64,000 nucleotides of DNA from Lingula anatina (Eukaryota; Animalia; Brachiopoda): contig CM120641.1 in assembly GCA_051362555.1 (NCBI GenBank), forward strand, positions 9,548,001 through 9,612,000, written 5' to 3'. Both the position numbers and the translations under genes were made by a program. Within the stretch, counting starts at the first letter, position 1, and each line of letters begins with the position of its first letter. The notes below the pieces were generated by a model, which saw only the letters and a program-made list of their open reading frames with translations, did not search any database and was not told the DNA's origin. Positions 60,228-64,000 of the stretch are shown here, one piece after another.

Positions 60228-62896
60228 ACACATTGTTGAAAATAAAAAAAATATCTTGTTTATTCCATAATATTTTTAGAAATTTTGTTCTTAGTCATTT
60301 GGGAAACGGCAAAACGATATCATTTAAAAATCGCACTACTGGTGTGGCATTTCAAATGCTTTTGACATCAAAATATTAATATTCACATCGCGAGCCAACT
60401 AAGTCGTCTTATCTTTGTTTTCAGGATATTTTGTTTGATAATCCATCTACATTACGCGTCAATACCTCCCATATCAGAGAAATGATACGGCAACCCACAA
60501 ACATATTCCATTCGCAAACACAACTAGACTATTGTGTCGTGCATGAATTTAGTTATCCGTTTTAAAGCGAACAGCATAGGACAATACCCACTGGAATAGC
60601 TTGCTGTTGCGTGTATTCGACAAACAAAACTGGCTGCTCTGTGCAAATATTAAAAGTCCCAGTTATCTTGGAAATTTTGCAAATTTAGGTGATAAATGAT
60701 TGATTTAGTCATGTTTGTAGGCTTATATGGATGCGTGCATATTTTTCAGTAGATAATTATGGATAGTATGCCTTTTTAAAGGTTTATCATTTCTTAAATA
60801 GGACTTTGAACGCTTCTGTAAAGAATAGACAAATATTGTCCGCTTACACATTTGGAAATCTAAAACAGACCTCCCCCTTTTTGTGACGAACGCTCTTATA
60901 TCATGTAGATTGTTGAACTTAGTGCCATTCTGTTAATGTGGTCTGTGTTCGTGTTGGAGTACTGCCATGAAGAGATAATCACATTATATACAATACAGAA
61001 GCCGCAACAAAGAACAATTTTAACGGAAGCCAGATCATACTTTTTGCCTACATTGTGCGTGTGCGTAATACAGCCATATGGTGGACCTCCTCGTCATATC
61101 ATGGGGATATGGTCAACACAGGAAGCGTTTTGTTAAAGCTTAAAACAAGCTGTGTAAGTAGAAACATGCCTACGTCTCCTGTGTGAAGTAGTACTGATCT
61201 TAAACCAGAGGCCTCGTTATATAGACGAATGTCATTGTTATAGTGTATATCTAGAGCTTATTTCGATAGTTTTGGACAACAAAGATTAATTCTGTTTGTT
61301 TTGCCTGTTTTCAACGCCGTAGTCTACCTTTTGCTCTCATCAAATAAAAATTTGTCCTTTCATGAGTCAGGAGCGAAAAGGAAGCTAGAACTCGAAACAT
61401 ACAGTTTTGGAGCTAGGGAAGAAATGGAAACAAACACGACACAGAAAAATATCAAATTGCGAAGAGCTAGAAAGTTCAAATAATAAAATTGATTGGAGCT
61501 TTTTACGTTGTTACCGCCAACATACAAAAGCTTTATCTCTACATCCGGGCGCGCACTTTTGCACCAATCTCTAGGGAGCACTTAACGATCAGCTTAACTG
61601 TGCCTTATAGTTAAAAACGGTAAAACACTCTAAAATCCATAAAGCACCGCTATTCAATGACATTTTCAATGTGACGTCTTTTCCTGTTTTGATTGATTTT
61701 AGTAACCCGTTTCATAACTTCAAAAAAAAAAAAAAAAAAAAAAAAGGCAATTCGCCAGTATTACAAAACTTGCAAACGAATTTTTTCTTGCACAGAACCT
61801 TACAGGAAATTTAACAGATAGCGTGGCATTTGACGTTTTTCAATATCTCACAGTGCGAAACAAACAAAGATAAATAATAAAGAATACTCATTCTCTATTT
61901 TTCCAATATATTTTGAGATTAGTAACCTGTTCACTTGGGATGAAAATAAATCAGGCTTGTCTTTATAGAAAATGATATAATTAAAACTATACATTCATCT
62001 AGTCTTACCTTTCAGCCAACCGAACGTTTCTAGGCAGAGCGCTTGCTTTTGAAATGCAAAGAGGGCGGCCAGGAATATTGTATATAGGTTTTAGTGTACT
62101 AATGTTTGGCATAGACACACTTTCCTGATGACTAAATTCCACTGAGTCTTTAACGTTGCTACATAAGTGGAGTGGACAGTCCAGTATCCTCCACCACCCG
62201 CACTGGTCATAAGGAATATCCATTCATTACTGAAATCTTTTGTGTTTTTCCTGTCTTTTTCTAGAGTTTCGGATGCAATATTCTGTATGCAGTGGTGACT
62301 GCATTATTCTAAAAATTGACAAATCAGATTGTCACATTGCAGATTCTACTCGTAGTGTACAAGGAAAGCGCACCTCTTTGAAATCTTAACGTTGTGTTTA
62401 GTGGCTCAAATTAACTGTAAACGCAAATATTATCCCTAGTAAATAAGCAACCACGACACTATTGAGGTAGAATTGCCACAGTATACGTTCTTTGTCTTCG
62501 TTGTTTTTCAAAGCTAAATATGGTGACAGGAAAACAAACTTAAAATATATCCCAATGAAAATAGACATGGTTAAAAGTGCATATTGCTTTTATGGAATTT
62601 AATTATCCCAAAAAATGAAATCCAAGGACTATTTCCTGTGCAGTTATTAATCAATCGCAAACTATTCTCAGTGCAAACATTTTTCAAGTTTGGAATGTTT
62701 TGAAATGGCGGCTCTGGAAACCCCATTAACACCTTTAGATATATTGCCTTCAGTGATTAGGGATTCCGTTTTATGTGATCCCTTTTTTCTTGACAAAAGC
62801 TCCATTTACCATGTAGCAGATTGAAACTCATTAATCAGAATAATGGCTTAAATGTTTTTCTTGTGACTCGATGACTTTGAATGATTCGTATGCTCT

Positions 62897-63055
62897 GTTA
62901 CCTTGGTAACTAGCAATAACAGTATATCAATGAACCCAGGTTTGACAGAAGCATAATTTTAAAACATGATCGATGTGCACATCCAATGACACGAATGATG
63001 TGCAAGTATCATGTTAAATCGCGGAGTTTTCAAACAAATCCGTTGTTATGGCAAC
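62897..63055. promoter_or_regulatory. Two RFX X-box motifs
   Basis: GTTACCTTGGTAAC at 62897-62910 and GTTGTTATGGCAAC at 63042-63055 both fit the 14-bp X-box consensus GTNRYY-NN-RGNAAC. Confidence 0.6.
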
Positions 63056-64000
63056 GCTCGTTAATGTTATAAAAACAAGTATGCTACATTGCCTCTGATA
63101 ACAATAAGTCGATCACGGTGCGTGACTGTCAAATTTCGTAAATGACTTACAGGCTGCGGAAATACTAATATTTTCATCAAACATTTTACACGTAATACCA
63201 TGCATTTCAAAGACTCATTCCTACCTTCGTGGCGGCCATTACGATTATATGTTTACCTTGGAATCAATAAACGTTACTTGTACGATACTTACAGGAAACA
63301 GTGATGTAAGATACAAAGAAAACGTTGCTGCTATCATTGCAATGTTTTGTTTGCTCAGTACATTGCAAGCGCAAGTACATTAATACGATTTTACTTGACG
63401 CGTCGAACTTATCGCACTATCTTTTATAGGTATAATCTTATCGAAGATGTGTTTGGTTTGTTGTAAAGGTGAAACTTTTCCCACGTTCGGTATCTGATCA
63501 TGTGCCCATGTGATTGGAACAATGCATTCGTACTTTACGTGTAAGTAATAGAAGTTACATGTAAAATCATACATTATTATTATTATTATTACAAAATTCC
63601 GTTAAGGATGTGTTAACAAAAGTGAAACCGACAAAACCTTACAGAAGCCATTTGAATTGTAAAAAATTCGGCTTGAGATACGTTACATATCTGGTATCCT
63701 ATACCCATGAGACCCATTTATCTCTTCACATTTTTTCTCCTTTCGGTATGAGACGACGAAAAGTAATTAAAACATATGGTCATAACTAAGTAGCCATGAT
63801 CTTGGAAAATTCTATCGATCCTAGTGCATAAAAGAGACAACGGGCCTTTCTGGCAGGAATTTTAGGTGTTAAAAAAAGCAACAGTAGGCTTACTGTCGAT
63901 AACAGTGAAAAACATACCAAAAACATACCAAAAACATGTTATATTTTTCCTTTAAGGCAAAAGGTTACCTTTTAAGGAAGAAAGTGATGCATATTCGTTA

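Noticed and set aside
61301-61483. Short ORF containing AKRKLELE, resembling the E2F cyclin-binding motif
   Set aside because: No DNA-binding domain, no ATG start and no donor site; probably coincidental.
63908-63937. 11-bp tandem repeat AAAAACATACC
   Set aside because: Under three copies, with no further structure.

Overview
AT-rich, intron-containing animal genomic DNA, probably a marine invertebrate such as a lophotrochozoan (inference from gene content and mosaic CpG depletion). I traced six spliced genes exon by exon. They form three consecutive head-to-head pairs: (i) a large F-box/WD40 gene (-) with CDKN3 (+); (ii) a stand-alone OvoA-type SAM methyltransferase (-) with a GALNT2/14/16-type GalNAc transferase (+); (iii) SCFD1/Sly1 (-) with ZW10 (+). 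After these come two convergent, single-coding-exon, low-complexity orphan ORFs (491 aa on +, 256 aa on -) in CpG-rich DNA, with a 15-bp-stem hairpin and an RFX X-box cluster upstream of the second. The most notable observations are the ovothiol-type methyltransferase without a sulfoxide synthase but with an N-terminal membrane anchor; the F-box/WD40 protein with two D-domain-like modules, tandem AKAP-like helices and a candidate 15-nt microexon; and the shared promoter between two members of the syntaxin-18 ER tethering/fusion machinery. All exon structures were derived by hand from splice-site consensus and frame continuity, with no database searches. No RNA genes, transposases or CRISPR arrays were recognised.
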